Notes: a model not told the origin generated them from the sequence alone. A DNA stretch of 64,000 bases from Syntrophomonadaceae bacterium (GCA_003563895.1 PWTK01000112.1:158-64157), one strand, 5' to 3'; positions 43,430-53,189 are shown, counted from the stretch's first letter. Numbers and translations are program-made.

Positions 43430-44745
43430 CTCTCAACACCTCCCGGCTGCGCTGCCAGGGCTGCTTGCAGGTCGGCGATCAGGTCTTCCGGATCTTCCAG
43501 CCCGATGGAGAGCCGCACCAGATCTTCCGTCACTCCGGCTTCCCTCCGCTCTTCCTCCGAAAGCTGCTGGTGGGTGGTCCCTGCAGGGTGGATCACCAGG
43601 GAACGGGCGTCGCCCACGTTGGCCAGCAGCGAAAACAGCTCCAGCGCGTCTATAAAACGTCTTGCCCTGTTGATGCCATCTGCACCATCTGCCCCCGCCA
43701 GACCAAATGTCACAATCGAACCCGGCCCGCGAGGGGTTTGGCGCTTTGCCTGGTCAAAGTAAGGGTTGCCCGAAAGACCCGGGTAGTTAACCCACTTGAC
43801 CGCGGGGTGATGATCCAGGAACTGCGCTATGCGGAGGGCGTTTTTGACGTGCTTCTCCATCCTCAGCGAAAGGGTTTCCAGGCCCTGCAGGAACAAAAAC
43901 GCGTTAAAAGGGCTCATGGCCGGTCCCAAATCGCGCAGCATCTTCACCCTGGCCCGCGCGATAAAAGCCCCCGGGCCAAATTTTTCCGCATAACTCACCC
44001 CGTGGTAAGAAGGGTCGGGCTCGACCAGCGCCGGATAGCGCTCGCGGTGAAGTTGCCAGGGAAAGCTGCCCCCGTCAACGATAAGGCCGCCCAAGGAAGT
44101 CCCGTGGCCGCCAATATACTTGGTGGCCGAGTAAACCACAATGTTTGCTCCCCACTCCAGGGGGCGGTGCAGGCAGGGGGTCAACAGGGTGTTGTCGACG
44201 ATCAGCGGTACTCCCACCTCGCCGGCCAGCGCAGCCAGGCCTTCCAGGTCCGGCAGATCCAGCCGGGGGTTGCTGAGGCTCTCCACATAAAAGGCCTTGG
44301 TACGCTTCCCCACCAGCGGCGCGAAGTGCTCCCGGTCGCCCTGGGGCGAAAAGTGCACCCGGATGCCCATCTCGGGCAGCGTGTGACGGAAAAGGTTGTA
44401 GGTGCCGCCGTAAAGACCGGTCGATGAAACAATCTCATCGCCGACCCGGCATAGGTTCAAAACGGAGAGGGCTACGGCAGACTGGCCGGAAGCGAGGGCC
44501 AGCGCCCCCACCCCATCTTCCAGCGCGCTGATGCGTTCCTCCAAAGCTCCCAGGGTGGGATTCATAATGCGCGTGTAAATGTTTCCTTCTTCTTCCAGGG
44601 CAAAAAGCCTTTCAGCGTGCGCGGCATCCTGGAAAACATACGACGTCGTCTGGTAAATGGGCACGGCCCTGGCACCGGTAGACTTGTCGGGACCGCCCCC
44701 CACATGCACGCTTTTCGTATCAAAAGCCGCCTTTCGCAAATCCAT
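43426..44745 (-). CDS. metY: O-acetylhomoserine sulfhydrylase
   Basis: 439 aa, PLP-Lys motif YSATKYIGGHG. 4-nt overlap with metX. Confidence 0.93.
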   Translation of the reverse strand: MDLRKAAFDTKSVHVGGGPDKSTGARAVPIYQTTSYVFQDAAHAERLFALEEEGNIYTRIMNPTLGALEERISALEDGVGALALASGQSAVALSVLNLCRVGDEIVSSTGLYGGTYNLFRHTLPEMGIRVHFSPQGDREHFAPLVGKRTKAFYVESLSNPRLDLPDLEGLAALAGEVGVPLIVDNTLLTPCLHRPLEWGANIVVYSATKYIGGHGTSLGGLIVDGGSFPWQLHRERYPALVEPDPSYHGVSYAEKFGPGAFIARARVKMLRDLGPAMSPFNAFLFLQGLETLSLRMEKHVKNALRIAQFLDHHPAVKWVNYPGLSGNPYFDQAKRQTPRGPGSIVTFGLAGADGADGINRARRFIDALELFSLLANVGDARSLVIHPAGTTHQQLSEEERREAGVTEDLVRLSIGLEDPEDLIADLQAALAAQPGGVER

Positions 44746-44950
44746 TTCGACATTCCCCCTTTTTTGCTAATGGTTCCTTCAGACACAGACGAGACGAAAC
44801 CGAACGACTGCGAGCTTGCGTGCGCCCTCAAGCGTTCCCTGCTGAAAATCTTACTTCCGCTGCAGGCCCGAATTTGACGGGCCCCGCCGGTCAGGGAAAC
44901 AGAATCGGCGCAGGAGCGGCAGCCGGCGGCTGTCAAGCCAGGTCCTATAC

Positions 44951-44983
44951 AAAAAAACCCTCTTCCGCGATTTCAGAAGAGGA
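44951..44983 (-). terminator. Expression-platform terminator of the SAM-I riboswitch
   Basis: Minus strand reads CCUCUUC-UGAAAUCGCG-GAAGAGG-G-UUUUUUU. Confidence 0.85.
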
Positions 44984-45004
44984 TCGATCTCTTTTGTTAT
45001 CCCC

Positions 45005-45103
45005 TCCTTATCTTCCAGGATTCCATCCTGCCGGAATTGGCACCGAATCAGGTCCGGTTGCCGGGCTTCACAGGGCCGTTCCCTCCGCCGCTCTGGATAA
45101 GGA
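45005..45103 (-). ncRNA. SAM-I (S-box) riboswitch controlling metY-metX
   Basis: Minus strand reads CUUAUCCAGAGCGGCGGAGGGAACGGCCCUGUGAAGCCCGGCAACC...GGUGCCAAUUCCGGCAG...GAAGAUAAG. P1 and the conserved cores match the S-box consensus. Confidence 0.92.
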
Positions 45104-45177
45104 AAAACCTTATTTTTTGTAAATCGTTATCGTTCAACCGTGCAGCACGGGTTTTTGAGGTTGGCTCTTTTTAAAGG

Positions 45178-45386
45178 CATTGTTGATAGCTTTAAAGACC
45201 CTTTATTGCTTACCTCATTTCGTTTTCCATTTTCTTGTTCGAGGACACAGCACCTAAACTCCAAACAATATCAACACTTAAATTGAAAAGAGACATCCAT
45301 GAAGCTTCGCTTCACCATCAGGCGGATGAAAATATACCCACCCCGGGCAGCGCGTCAATCAAAAGCGTCTTGCATTTTCAGGGTAG
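45178..45386 (+). repeat. Diverged family-A element fused to family-D module (copy D4)
   Basis: CATTGTTGATAGC...ATCAACACTTAAATTGAAAAGAGACATCCATGAAGCTTCGCTTCACCATCAGGCGGATGAAAAT...CCCACCCCGGGCAGCGCGTCAATCAAAAGCGTCTTGCATTTTCAGGGTAG. Confidence 0.8.
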
Positions 45387-45727
45387 CGTTGAGGTTAAAC
45401 AGCTGCAGCAATTTTAACAGCGAGTTTGGCTTTTTAAAAATCAATATGGTTGATGTTAACCTATAATTCACGTTTTGTCAATATTTATAGTGTATCCTGT
45501 TATAATTATTTTTTCAGTAATTAATATGGTTTTAATAGTATAAATGGAAAGCTTATTGTTTTTAAAGAGGCCCACCGAAAACAGCCAACATTTTTCCATT
45601 CCTTCAACCGGCCCTGAAATATAAAACCCTTCACCGACAATTGAGCCTGCTATGCCTCTGGCGGCTTCGTCCTCATGTATTCCCTTTCCATATCAACAGC
45701 AACAAAAGATAACCACTGCAAGCGACT

Positions 45728-46464
45728 TCATGAACTGAAATCTTGCGATATACGCTTCAACATCCAAAAGGCAAACAGCAAAATGAAAGGGGTGGCCAGG
45801 TGGGTGAGGGTAAAAAAACCTGCCCCCCAGGACTCGTTTACGTATCCCCAAAGATAGAGAGGGTTTTCCCGGAACGTTTCTTCAATAACCCCTCTCAAAA
45901 GGGAATAGTAGACGACAAACCCCCAGAAAAGCATGCCCGGTTTCTTTTCTATCTTGCTGGCCAAGATATGGTGGACAAGCAGACAAGCCAAGCCGATAAG
46001 GGAGCCGTAAACCTGGGCCGGGTGACGCTCAAAAAACAAGGCTGCCGCAGGCCGGCCCAAAATTTCCTGGTTGAAAATATTGGCAATCCTTACCAGGGTG
46101 TAACCGATGCAGATTCCCGGAACAGCCAGGTCGAGCAGGATCCCCATCCGGAGACGGCGGCGTGCCGCAACAATCCAGGCTGCCGCCATCCCCCCCAGCA
46201 GCCCTCCGTGGAAGGCAAGCCCACCGCGGTCGATGCGTATGGCCTCCAGGGGTTGGTGGGCGAAGTCGGAAAGGTTTGTCAAAACATAAATCAGCCGGGC
46301 CCCTGCAAGTCCCCCGACCACCACAAAACACACAATGTCCACAGCGCTTCCTCATTTAACCCCTCTTTCACACCATTTTTAATCAACAAATAACAACCTG
46401 TAAGAAAAGAAAGCGCCATCATAAAGCCGTACCAGTGAACGGTAAAAGGCCCCAGCGAAAACAT
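45728..46464 (-). pseudogene. lgt: Prolipoprotein diacylglyceryl transferase with a 1-nt frameshift at about 46339
   Basis: The N-terminal 42 codons (MFSLGPFTVHWYGFMMALSFLTG...LNEEALW) are in one frame from the ATG at 46464. The rest (DIVCFVVVGGLAGARLIYVL...) follows in the -1 frame. TGGAC is found where TGGGAC would restore a continuous Lgt. Confidence 0.8.
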
Positions 46465-46609
46465 TATCGGATCGATCCCCTCTATATAGATGAGCGCTCA
46501 CCTCTTTTATCAAATATTACTAATTCAATTGCTATTATAACATTTATATACATTCATTTTAACCTGCTGCCTGGCTTAAAGACAAGGCCTGCTCGGCTTT
46601 TCGTTGTAT

Positions 46610-46830
46610 GGGTAGTCGGTTAGCTCCACCCAACTATTCACAATACGTTGTATCCAATGCATTTATCATTTTCGGTGGCCGATTGAACAAATTCGGCGTC
46701 CATTAAGTAATAATTCTACATATTTCTGATAGGAATTTTGGGGGTCAGCTCCCATTCTACGCTCTTATGTTCTGCAATGGAAGACTTTCGCCTGGAGCGT
46801 ATCATAGGTGGAGCTAACCGACTACCCCGT
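46610..46830. mobile_element. 221-bp MITE-like element (family E) with perfect 21-bp terminal inverted repeats and 10-bp target-site duplication
   Basis: GGGTAGTCGGTTAGCTCCACC (46610-46630) is the exact reverse complement of 46807-46827. TTCGTTGTAT occurs at 46600-46609 and 46831-40. No ORF lies inside. Confidence 0.85.
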
Positions 46831-46909
46831 TTCGTTGTATTTTTGCCCGGCTTTTTTCAAAACATCCCGCCAGCAGCACAATTATAATGCCACACCTTTT
46901 CCTGTTGTG

Positions 46910-46918
46910 TGGTATAAT
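46910..46918 (+). promoter_or_regulatory. Extended -10 box (TGGTATAAT) upstream of the cysK-like gene
   Basis: TGGTATAAT lies about 50 nt upstream of the proposed TTG start. The -35 is poor. Confidence 0.4.
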
Positions 46919-46970
46919 GTGTGATATAATGAACGAAAAGCAAATGCTTTTTCCGGGGGGTGTATTTTTC

Positions 46971-47948
46971 TTGAAGGAAAATTTGTTGGCAACCATCGGC
47001 CAAACACCGCTTGTTCGCATCCAGCGGCTTTGCCCGAATCCCCAGGTTACCATGGCCGTTAAGCTGGAAGGGGCCAATCCCGGAGGCAGCGTGAAAGACC
47101 GCATCGCCTATTATATGATCCTTATGGCCGAAAAAACGGGGCAGCTTACCCGCGACAAGATCATTTTGGAGCCTTCAAGCGGCAATACCGGTATCGGCCT
47201 GGCTTTGGTAGCCGCCGTTAAGGGCTACCGGCTGGTGATTACCATGTCCGAGTGGATGAGCGAAGAGCGCCGGAAGACCATGGAAGCGCTGGGAGCGGAG
47301 ATCCTGCTGACTCCCGGAGAAGAGGGGACCGACGGGGCCATCGAAAAGGCTTATGAAATCTACAGCCAAAACCCTTCCCTCTATTTCATGCCCAACCAGT
47401 TCTCCAACCCCAACAACGCTCTGGCCCATTACGAAACCACCGCCCTGGAGCTGTGGGAGCAGACCGACGGGCGGATCACCCATTTTGTGGCCGGCATGGG
47501 AACCACCGGCACCCTGATGGGCTGCTCCAGGAGGCTGAAGGAATTCAACCCGGAGATTCAGATCCTGGGCGTGGAACCTTACAAGTGCCACAAAATACAG
47601 GGGCTGAAAAACATGCAGGAAGCCATCGTTCCCGACATCTACAACCCCTCCTGCCTGGACCAGAAAATAAATGTTTACGACGAAGACGCCTTCCAGATGG
47701 CCAAGCGCCTGGCCAAGGAAGAGGGCATCCTGTCGGGCATGAGCGCAGGGGCTTCCTTTCATGTGGCCTACGAGCTGGCCCTAAAGCTGGATGAAGGCTT
47801 CATCGTCACCATCATTCCCGACCGCGGTGAGAAATACATGTCGACCCCGCTCTACTGCCTGGAGCCCTGCGAACACCGCAGCGAAAGCTGCCTTCTGCGC
47901 GATTTCTTTTCTGCCTCGGGCAGAGGTGAATTTGATGGCCCAACATAA
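46971..47948 (+). CDS. Cysteine synthase family PLP enzyme (CysK/CysM-like)
   Basis: PLP-Lys motif NPGGSVKDR and SSGNTGIGLA. I propose the TTG at 46971 (MKENLLATIGQTPLV) after GGGGGGTG; the ORF track starts at 46887. Confidence 0.85.
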   Translation: MKENLLATIGQTPLVRIQRLCPNPQVTMAVKLEGANPGGSVKDRIAYYMILMAEKTGQLTRDKIILEPSSGNTGIGLALVAAVKGYRLVITMSEWMSEERRKTMEALGAEILLTPGEEGTDGAIEKAYEIYSQNPSLYFMPNQFSNPNNALAHYETTALELWEQTDGRITHFVAGMGTTGTLMGCSRRLKEFNPEIQILGVEPYKCHKIQGLKNMQEAIVPDIYNPSCLDQKINVYDEDAFQMAKRLAKEEGILSGMSAGASFHVAYELALKLDEGFIVTIIPDRGEKYMSTPLYCLEPCEHRSESCLLRDFFSASGRGEFDGPT

Positions 47949-49098
47949 TACTGAGTTCGTTTTTTATCTGCCCACCCGCGTGGTCTTCGGCAGCACTGCA
48001 CTGGATCAACTGGTCGGGGCATTAAAGGAACTACCCGCTTGGCGGGTGCTGGTCGTTACCGACCCCGGCATCATCCGGGCTGGACTCCTGGAGCCGCTAA
48101 CCCGGCGCTTGGAAAAACAAGGCATTGCTTACGAGATCTTCAGTGAGGTGGAACCAAACCCCAAAGATTACCAGGTCCGGCACGGTGCCCAAAATGCGGA
48201 GGCCTTCGGCGCCCAGGCCCTTGTAGCCCTTGGCGGTGGAAGCCCCATTGACTGCGCCAAGGCGATGGGCGTGCTCATGGCCCATCACACCCGAGACCTC
48301 GCTCGCTTTTACGGGAAAGATGCCGTCTATCAACCTTCGCCGCCCCTTTTTACCGTACCCACCACGGCCGGCACGGGAAGCGAGGTCACTTTCTCCTCCG
48401 TTATTACCGATACCTCAGAGAAAAGCAAGTTTACCATCAAAAGCCCTCTGCTGGCGCCCAGGGCGGCTTTCATGGACCCGGGGCTCACCGCGGGGATGCC
48501 CCCCGATCTGACCGCTTATACCGGCATGGACGCCCTGACCCATGCCGTGGAAGCCTACACCGCGAAAGCGGCCAACCCTTTCAGCGACCTGTTTGCGCTG
48601 CGGGCGGCAGCGCTCATCGGAACGCACCTCTACCGGGCCTTTCACTGCGGCAGCGACCCCGAGGCCAGGGCGGGGATGTTGCTGAGCAGCCTTCTCGGGG
48701 GCATGGCGTTCAGCCAATCCGATGTGGCCTCCGTGCACTGCCTGGCCGAATCCCTGGGAAGCGTCAGCGACGCCCCCCACGGTGCCTGTAACGCCGTGCT
48801 GCTTCCTTACGTGATGGAATTTAACATGCCCTGCTGCGTGCAGAAATATGCCGATATTGCCCGAGCGCTGGGTGTCAGCTTTAACGGCGAAGAGGAAGGA
48901 GCGCGGGCGGCGGTGGTTGTGACGCGGGAAATGGCCCGGGAACTCCGGCTCCCACCGCTAAAGCAGCTGGGCATAAAAGAAGAAAGCTTGCCGAAAGCGG
49001 CGGAGCTTTCGACAGGCAATATTTCCACCAAAAGCAATCCCCGCCCCATGGGGCGGGAAGACTACCTGGATATCTTGAAGAAGGCCTACGGGTCATGA
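47935..49098 (+). CDS. Iron-containing alcohol dehydrogenase
   Basis: GGGSPIDCAKA and a His cluster (HAVEAYT, HCLAESLG). The ATG at 47935 overlaps the cysK-like stop by 14 nt. Confidence 0.9.
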   Translation: MAQHNTEFVFYLPTRVVFGSTALDQLVGALKELPAWRVLVVTDPGIIRAGLLEPLTRRLEKQGIAYEIFSEVEPNPKDYQVRHGAQNAEAFGAQALVALGGGSPIDCAKAMGVLMAHHTRDLARFYGKDAVYQPSPPLFTVPTTAGTGSEVTFSSVITDTSEKSKFTIKSPLLAPRAAFMDPGLTAGMPPDLTAYTGMDALTHAVEAYTAKAANPFSDLFALRAAALIGTHLYRAFHCGSDPEARAGMLLSSLLGGMAFSQSDVASVHCLAESLGSVSDAPHGACNAVLLPYVMEFNMPCCVQKYADIARALGVSFNGEEEGARAAVVVTREMARELRLPPLKQLGIKEESLPKAAELSTGNISTKSNPRPMGREDYLDILKKAYGS

Positions 49099-49343
49099 GG
49101 AGCTTTCAACATGCACCGCGCTGCCAAGGCAGGCTTATGCCCCTGCCGGATGCACCCCATGGAAAAAAAGAGGCGCCGAGGGGCCCCAGTTTTTCTTCAC
49201 TATTTTTGAAGAAACGCGGTGCAGTATATTTTTCACCAGGTTGGCTATCCAGTTCATATCTGAGCAGCCGCCAATATTCTTGGCGTCTTAAGTAATCAGA
49301 GATCGTTTTTCTGTCCCCGTTTTTACAGACGCTCAATCTCTTT

Positions 49344-49820
49344 TTAGCGGTGATACGGCTCCCCCCGGAGGATTTTAAAGGAGCGGTAAAGCTGTTCCAG
49401 GATAATAATGCGGGCCAGGCGGTGGGGAAAAGTCAGTTCGGACAGAGAGAGCAGAAGATCGGCCCGCTTTTTGATATCCGGCGCCAGGCCCAGCGGTCCC
49501 CCGATCACGATGTCCAGCTTGCCCTTCCCGGCGTTCAGCAGCCCGTCCAGGTAAGACGCCAGCCCGATGGAGGTCATTTTAAGCCCTTCGGATGAGAGCG
49601 CCAACAGGTGGGCTTCATCCCGCAGCTGCCGACTGATGGCCTGGGCCTCCTCTTCCAGTGCCTTGCGAATGGCGGCTTCTCCCCCACCCTCCTCTTTGGC
49701 CTCGGCCAGCTCGGTCGTCTTGAGCCGGGCATACGGCCTTAATCGCTCCTGGTAATGGGCCGCACCCTCCTTGTAAAAAGGTTCTTTGATTTTTCCCACA
49801 GCGATAAGATGAATATTCAT
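49344..49820 (-). CDS. rlmH: 23S rRNA (pseudouridine1915-N3)-methyltransferase
   Basis: 159 aa from the ATG at 49820 (MNIHLIAVGKIKEPF...). SPOUT C-terminus IIGGPLGL...LSLSELTFPH. Confidence 0.93.
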   Translation of the reverse strand: MNIHLIAVGKIKEPFYKEGAAHYQERLRPYARLKTTELAEAKEEGGGEAAIRKALEEEAQAISRQLRDEAHLLALSSEGLKMTSIGLASYLDGLLNAGKGKLDIVIGGPLGLAPDIKKRADLLLSLSELTFPHRLARIIILEQLYRSFKILRGEPYHR

Positions 49821-50111
49821 ATTCCACCCCACAGCAAAGCTGCGGAATAACTTACCGCAGCTTCCCTTTTCCGACAGCACCGACGGAGCCGTTGGTGCTG
49901 ATTGCCCTGCCGAAACGAACTCGGAACGGGTGAATCCCAATGCAAGCCTCTCGGGCAAACCTGCCGGCCCGGCTGGCAGCACACCTGCCAGTCGTTTCAG
50001 TTCGTTTGCTTCCCGGCCGGCGGCAGGGGACACAGAGCCCATTGGCTCATCGCGATCGGTTTGATTGTTCAAACGCTCCCCGGTGCAGCTGAACTGGCGC
50101 CGGCTCACGCT

Positions 50112-51056
50112 CTATTCCGCTTTGCCCAGCTCCGCCTTTTCCAAGCCTGAAAGATCCTCCAAAAGAGAGGGAAGCACACCCGTGATCTCCCCCCGTTCCT
50201 GCAGGCTTTGCACCAACCTCTCGCGTTTTTCGCCCACCACCAGCGCCGGCACCGGATTGCGGGTGTGGCCTTTTGTGGTCAGGTTTTCCAGGTTGCCGTG
50301 GTCGCTGGTCAGCAGCAGCAGCTTTTCCGATATATCCATGTGCTCCACCACTGCACTCAAGAAGCTGTCCAACGTGGCAATCACGTCCCTCGCCATCTCT
50401 TCGTCTCCATCGTGTCCGGCGAGGTCCGTGAGAAAGTGCTCATAAAGGGTGAGATGATAGTCCTTTGCCAGGGAGACCAGGCGCCTGCCGGCTTCCCGGG
50501 GCGTAATGAGCGGGACGTCGTACTCCATTTTTTGCAGGTAGTGATGCGTGATATCCATGTAGACCGCCCGGCCTTCTTCCAGGTCTTCCAGGGTGCGAAA
50601 ACAGTTCCCTCCATACAGGTTGATGAGCGTGGAACAGGAAAAACGCCTCCCCTGGCCTTTCTCCAGCAAGTCGAAAAATTCCGGGCGGTACGCGTTGGCA
50701 AAGGTTCCCCGAAGGCCTCTGCCCTTCAGCTGCCGGAACATCCCTTTGCCGGCCAGGATTTTTTTAAGGCTCTCGGTGGGAAAGCCGTTCAGGTGGCGGT
50801 TAATGACCTGTGCCGCATTCACGCCGGTAAAGAGAGCCGTCTGCCCCGTCGCACTCTGGGGCAACCCCTCCACCCCCAGGGTGGCGTCCAGCCCCAGCAG
50901 GGATGCGATTTCGTAATCCTGGCCGGAAGCGGCGGCGGTCAAGGGGCGGCCCCCCAGTATTTTTTTTAAAAAAACCGTTTCGGTCGTATAAAAGGGGTTG
51001 GTGTGGTCCTCGGAACCAAGGCCCACACCGTCCACAAAGATAAATATGATGGACAT
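50112..51056 (-). CDS. Alkaline-phosphatase-superfamily metalloenzyme (phosphopentomutase/iPGM-like)
   Basis: 314 aa. N-terminal FVDGVGLG metal site and C-terminal TSDHGN motif. Confidence 0.6.
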   Translation of the reverse strand: MSIIFIFVDGVGLGSEDHTNPFYTTETVFLKKILGGRPLTAAASGQDYEIASLLGLDATLGVEGLPQSATGQTALFTGVNAAQVINRHLNGFPTESLKKILAGKGMFRQLKGRGLRGTFANAYRPEFFDLLEKGQGRRFSCSTLINLYGGNCFRTLEDLEEGRAVYMDITHHYLQKMEYDVPLITPREAGRRLVSLAKDYHLTLYEHFLTDLAGHDGDEEMARDVIATLDSFLSAVVEHMDISEKLLLLTSDHGNLENLTTKGHTRNPVPALVVGEKRERLVQSLQERGEITGVLPSLLEDLSGLEKAELGKAE

Positions 51057-51070
51057 GATGCTAAACTCCT

Positions 51071-52249
51071 CTAATATTCTAGCTCTTCGGGCATCTTATC
51101 CAGGATTAACGTCAGGGCGATCTCTTCGCCGGCACGGTTGACGGTTACCTCGATTTCCTGGCCAGCTTCCATCTCGAGCAGCTTCTGCTGCAGCGCCGCC
51201 ACATCTTCGATTCTTTCGCCATCCATACGGATAATCACGTCCTGGACTTCCATGCCTGCCTGCTGGGCCGGCCCCCCGCTTACCAGGTCTTCTACCAGCA
51301 CCCCGTAATCCAGGTCAATGTTCATTCTTTCGGCATCCAGCGGTGTAAAATTGCTGATATAGACGCCCATCCAGGGCCGGATAACCCGGCCTTCCTGGAT
51401 CAGTTCGCTCGTAATTTCCTGGACCGTGTTGCTGGGGATGGCAAAGCCCATTCCTTCCACCCCGGGGAGCGTAATCTTGGCCGTGTTGATCCCGATCACC
51501 TTGCCGTCGATATTGACCAGGGCCCCGCCGCTGTTGCCCTCGTTAATGGCCGCATCCGTCTGCACAAAGGTAAACTGCTGTCCCTGGATGTTCACCGAAC
51601 GTTCGGGAGCGCTGACGACGCCCAGGGTGACCGTTTGCTGAAATTCTAGCCCCAAGGGATTCCCGATAGCGATGGCCGGTTCTCCGGCGCTCAACTCGTC
51701 CGAATCGGACAGCTCGATGGCCGGAAGGTCGTCTTTGTCAACGCGCAGCACGGCCAGGTCGGTGGGCGGGTCGGCCCCCACTACCTCTGCCGTAATTTCT
51801 TCTCCCGTCCCCAGGGTCACCACAATTTCCTGGGCATTCTGGATCACATGATAGTTGGTGACGATGTATCCGTCGCTGTCGATAATGACTCCAGAACCGG
51901 CAGCCCGCTCCTGCATGCGCCGCTCGCCCCAGATATCCTGCACAGCGGCATAGTTGCTGATCCCTACGACGGAAGGCTTGGCGTCACTAGCCGCCGCGAC
52001 AACGGCTTCGTAGTACTCGCGCGCTTCCGGAGACACCTCTGGGGCTTGCTGGACATTGTCTTCACCCACACCGATCTCCGGCGCAGGCGCGTCAGGTGCG
52101 TCTTCGTTGTTCAGGATAGCCCCAAAGACGCCCATGAAAAAAAACAGCAGGACCGCCGTCAACAAGGCCCCGACCGCACCCCCCAGCAGTGCGCTTTTGA
52201 ATGAGGAACGCCGGGGACGTTCTTCAAAGTCGCTGTAAAAGTTTCGCAT
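51071..52249 (-). CDS. htrA: HtrA/DegP-family serine protease with N-terminal TM anchor and PDZ domain
   Basis: 392 aa. Trypsin-like His, Asp and Ser (TNYHV, DLAVLRV, GNSGGAL) and a C-terminal PDZ. Confidence 0.9.
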   Translation of the reverse strand: MRNFYSDFEERPRRSSFKSALLGGAVGALLTAVLLFFFMGVFGAILNNEDAPDAPAPEIGVGEDNVQQAPEVSPEAREYYEAVVAAASDAKPSVVGISNYAAVQDIWGERRMQERAAGSGVIIDSDGYIVTNYHVIQNAQEIVVTLGTGEEITAEVVGADPPTDLAVLRVDKDDLPAIELSDSDELSAGEPAIAIGNPLGLEFQQTVTLGVVSAPERSVNIQGQQFTFVQTDAAINEGNSGGALVNIDGKVIGINTAKITLPGVEGMGFAIPSNTVQEITSELIQEGRVIRPWMGVYISNFTPLDAERMNIDLDYGVLVEDLVSGGPAQQAGMEVQDVIIRMDGERIEDVAALQQKLLEMEAGQEIEVTVNRAGEEIALTLILDKMPEELEY

Positions 52250-52490
52250 AACAATCCCTCCATAAACAAACGGTCCGGGAACCCACTCGCACGGGGTCTG
52301 CCCCTTTCTGCCAGGGGCCGCTTGATCGCTGCAGGCCGCGGCGCAAAAGTGTCAGGGTCCAAAAACGCCGGGTCCTCCCGCAAAACCCGTCTTTGTTTCT
52401 TTCTAGTGTATTACATTTTTCCCGCCAAGTAAAGAGCCCCCTCACACCTGGCCTGCACTCCGAAAATAAGCGCCAGGCGCCGCAAAATAG

Positions 52491-52643
52491 TTTCGTGACA
52501 GTTCGTGACTGGAGATTCGTAACAGGGGACGGTTCTTCTGTCATCTTTTTTCTGACAGCGTTCCGTGACAGGGGACGGCAGGCCGTGTGATAAGCTGCAG
52601 CAAAACATGCAAATAAGTCAGCGCCTTCGTCACAGGGGAGGGG
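52491..52643 (+). repeat. Five same-orientation copies of TTCGTGACAG(GGGACGG) upstream of htrA
   Basis: TTTCGTGACAG 52491, TTCGTGACTGG 52502, ATTCGTAACAGGGGACGG 52515, TTCCGTGACAGGGGACGG 52561, CTTCGTCACAGGGGAGGG 52625. Confidence 0.8.
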
Positions 52644-52902
52644 AACAAGATCGAAAATTGCCGTGCGTAGAAGTACCAGCAGCGTGTGAACTGAGCTAGG
52701 GGCATTAATGGCGCAAAACACACTAAGAAAAACAACCCCCAAGGGAATCACGGATAAGCTGGACCGCCAGGCCATTTTATTCTAAAGGAATGAAAGGGAT
52801 AAATTAAACCGCCCCTCCGTTCAATAAAAGCTGAAGTTTGACATCCGAACATTTTAACGAAAATTTTACTGCATCTTAATAGGGCAGCAAGGAAAACACG
52901 TC

Positions 52903-52948
52903 GAAAAAAAAGCCGACAGGTGCTTTTTAAGCACCTGTTTATTATTTT
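52903..52948. terminator. Bidirectional rho-independent terminator
   Basis: ACAGGTGC-TTTTTAA-GCACCTGT is flanked by A8 on the left and TTATTATTTT on the right. The minus-strand reading gives a stem followed by CGGCUUUUUUUU. Confidence 0.8.
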
Positions 52949-52979
52949 CATATATATCTGCTCACCGGGGGAGATTGGA

Positions 52980-53189
52980 ATGCCCAAACCAAAAATCTTT
53001 CCTGCAGCACTCCCAGTGGTTTTGTTAACCGGGGCCCTGTTGTTAACAGGTTGTGCGCAGGAGCATGGCTTAGCCTGGACACAGCCAGTGCTCCAAGGAA
53101 CTCTTGCCAGCATGAGGGCTGTACCTGCTGTTTTGCATTTATCATCGGCTGCAGGGAGTATCAGGCAAAGACAAAACCGGGGCCTCTGA
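52980..53189 (+). CDS. Putative small lipoprotein (69 aa)
   Basis: ATG after GGGGGAGATTGGA. Signal peptide with lipobox LLLTGC (MPKPKIFPAALPVVLLTGALLLTGCAQ). No recognisable family. Confidence 0.35.
   Translation: MPKPKIFPAALPVVLLTGALLLTGCAQEHGLAWTQPVLQGTLASMRAVPAVLHLSSAAGSIRQRQNRGL

Noticed and set aside
53085-53101. 17-nt exact match (CTGGACACAGCCAGTGC) between the small lipoprotein ORF and the nested insert in C4 (62664-62680).
   Set aside because: A single 17-mer match is roughly what chance predicts for all-against-all comparison of a 64-kb window on both strands. The flanks do not align.
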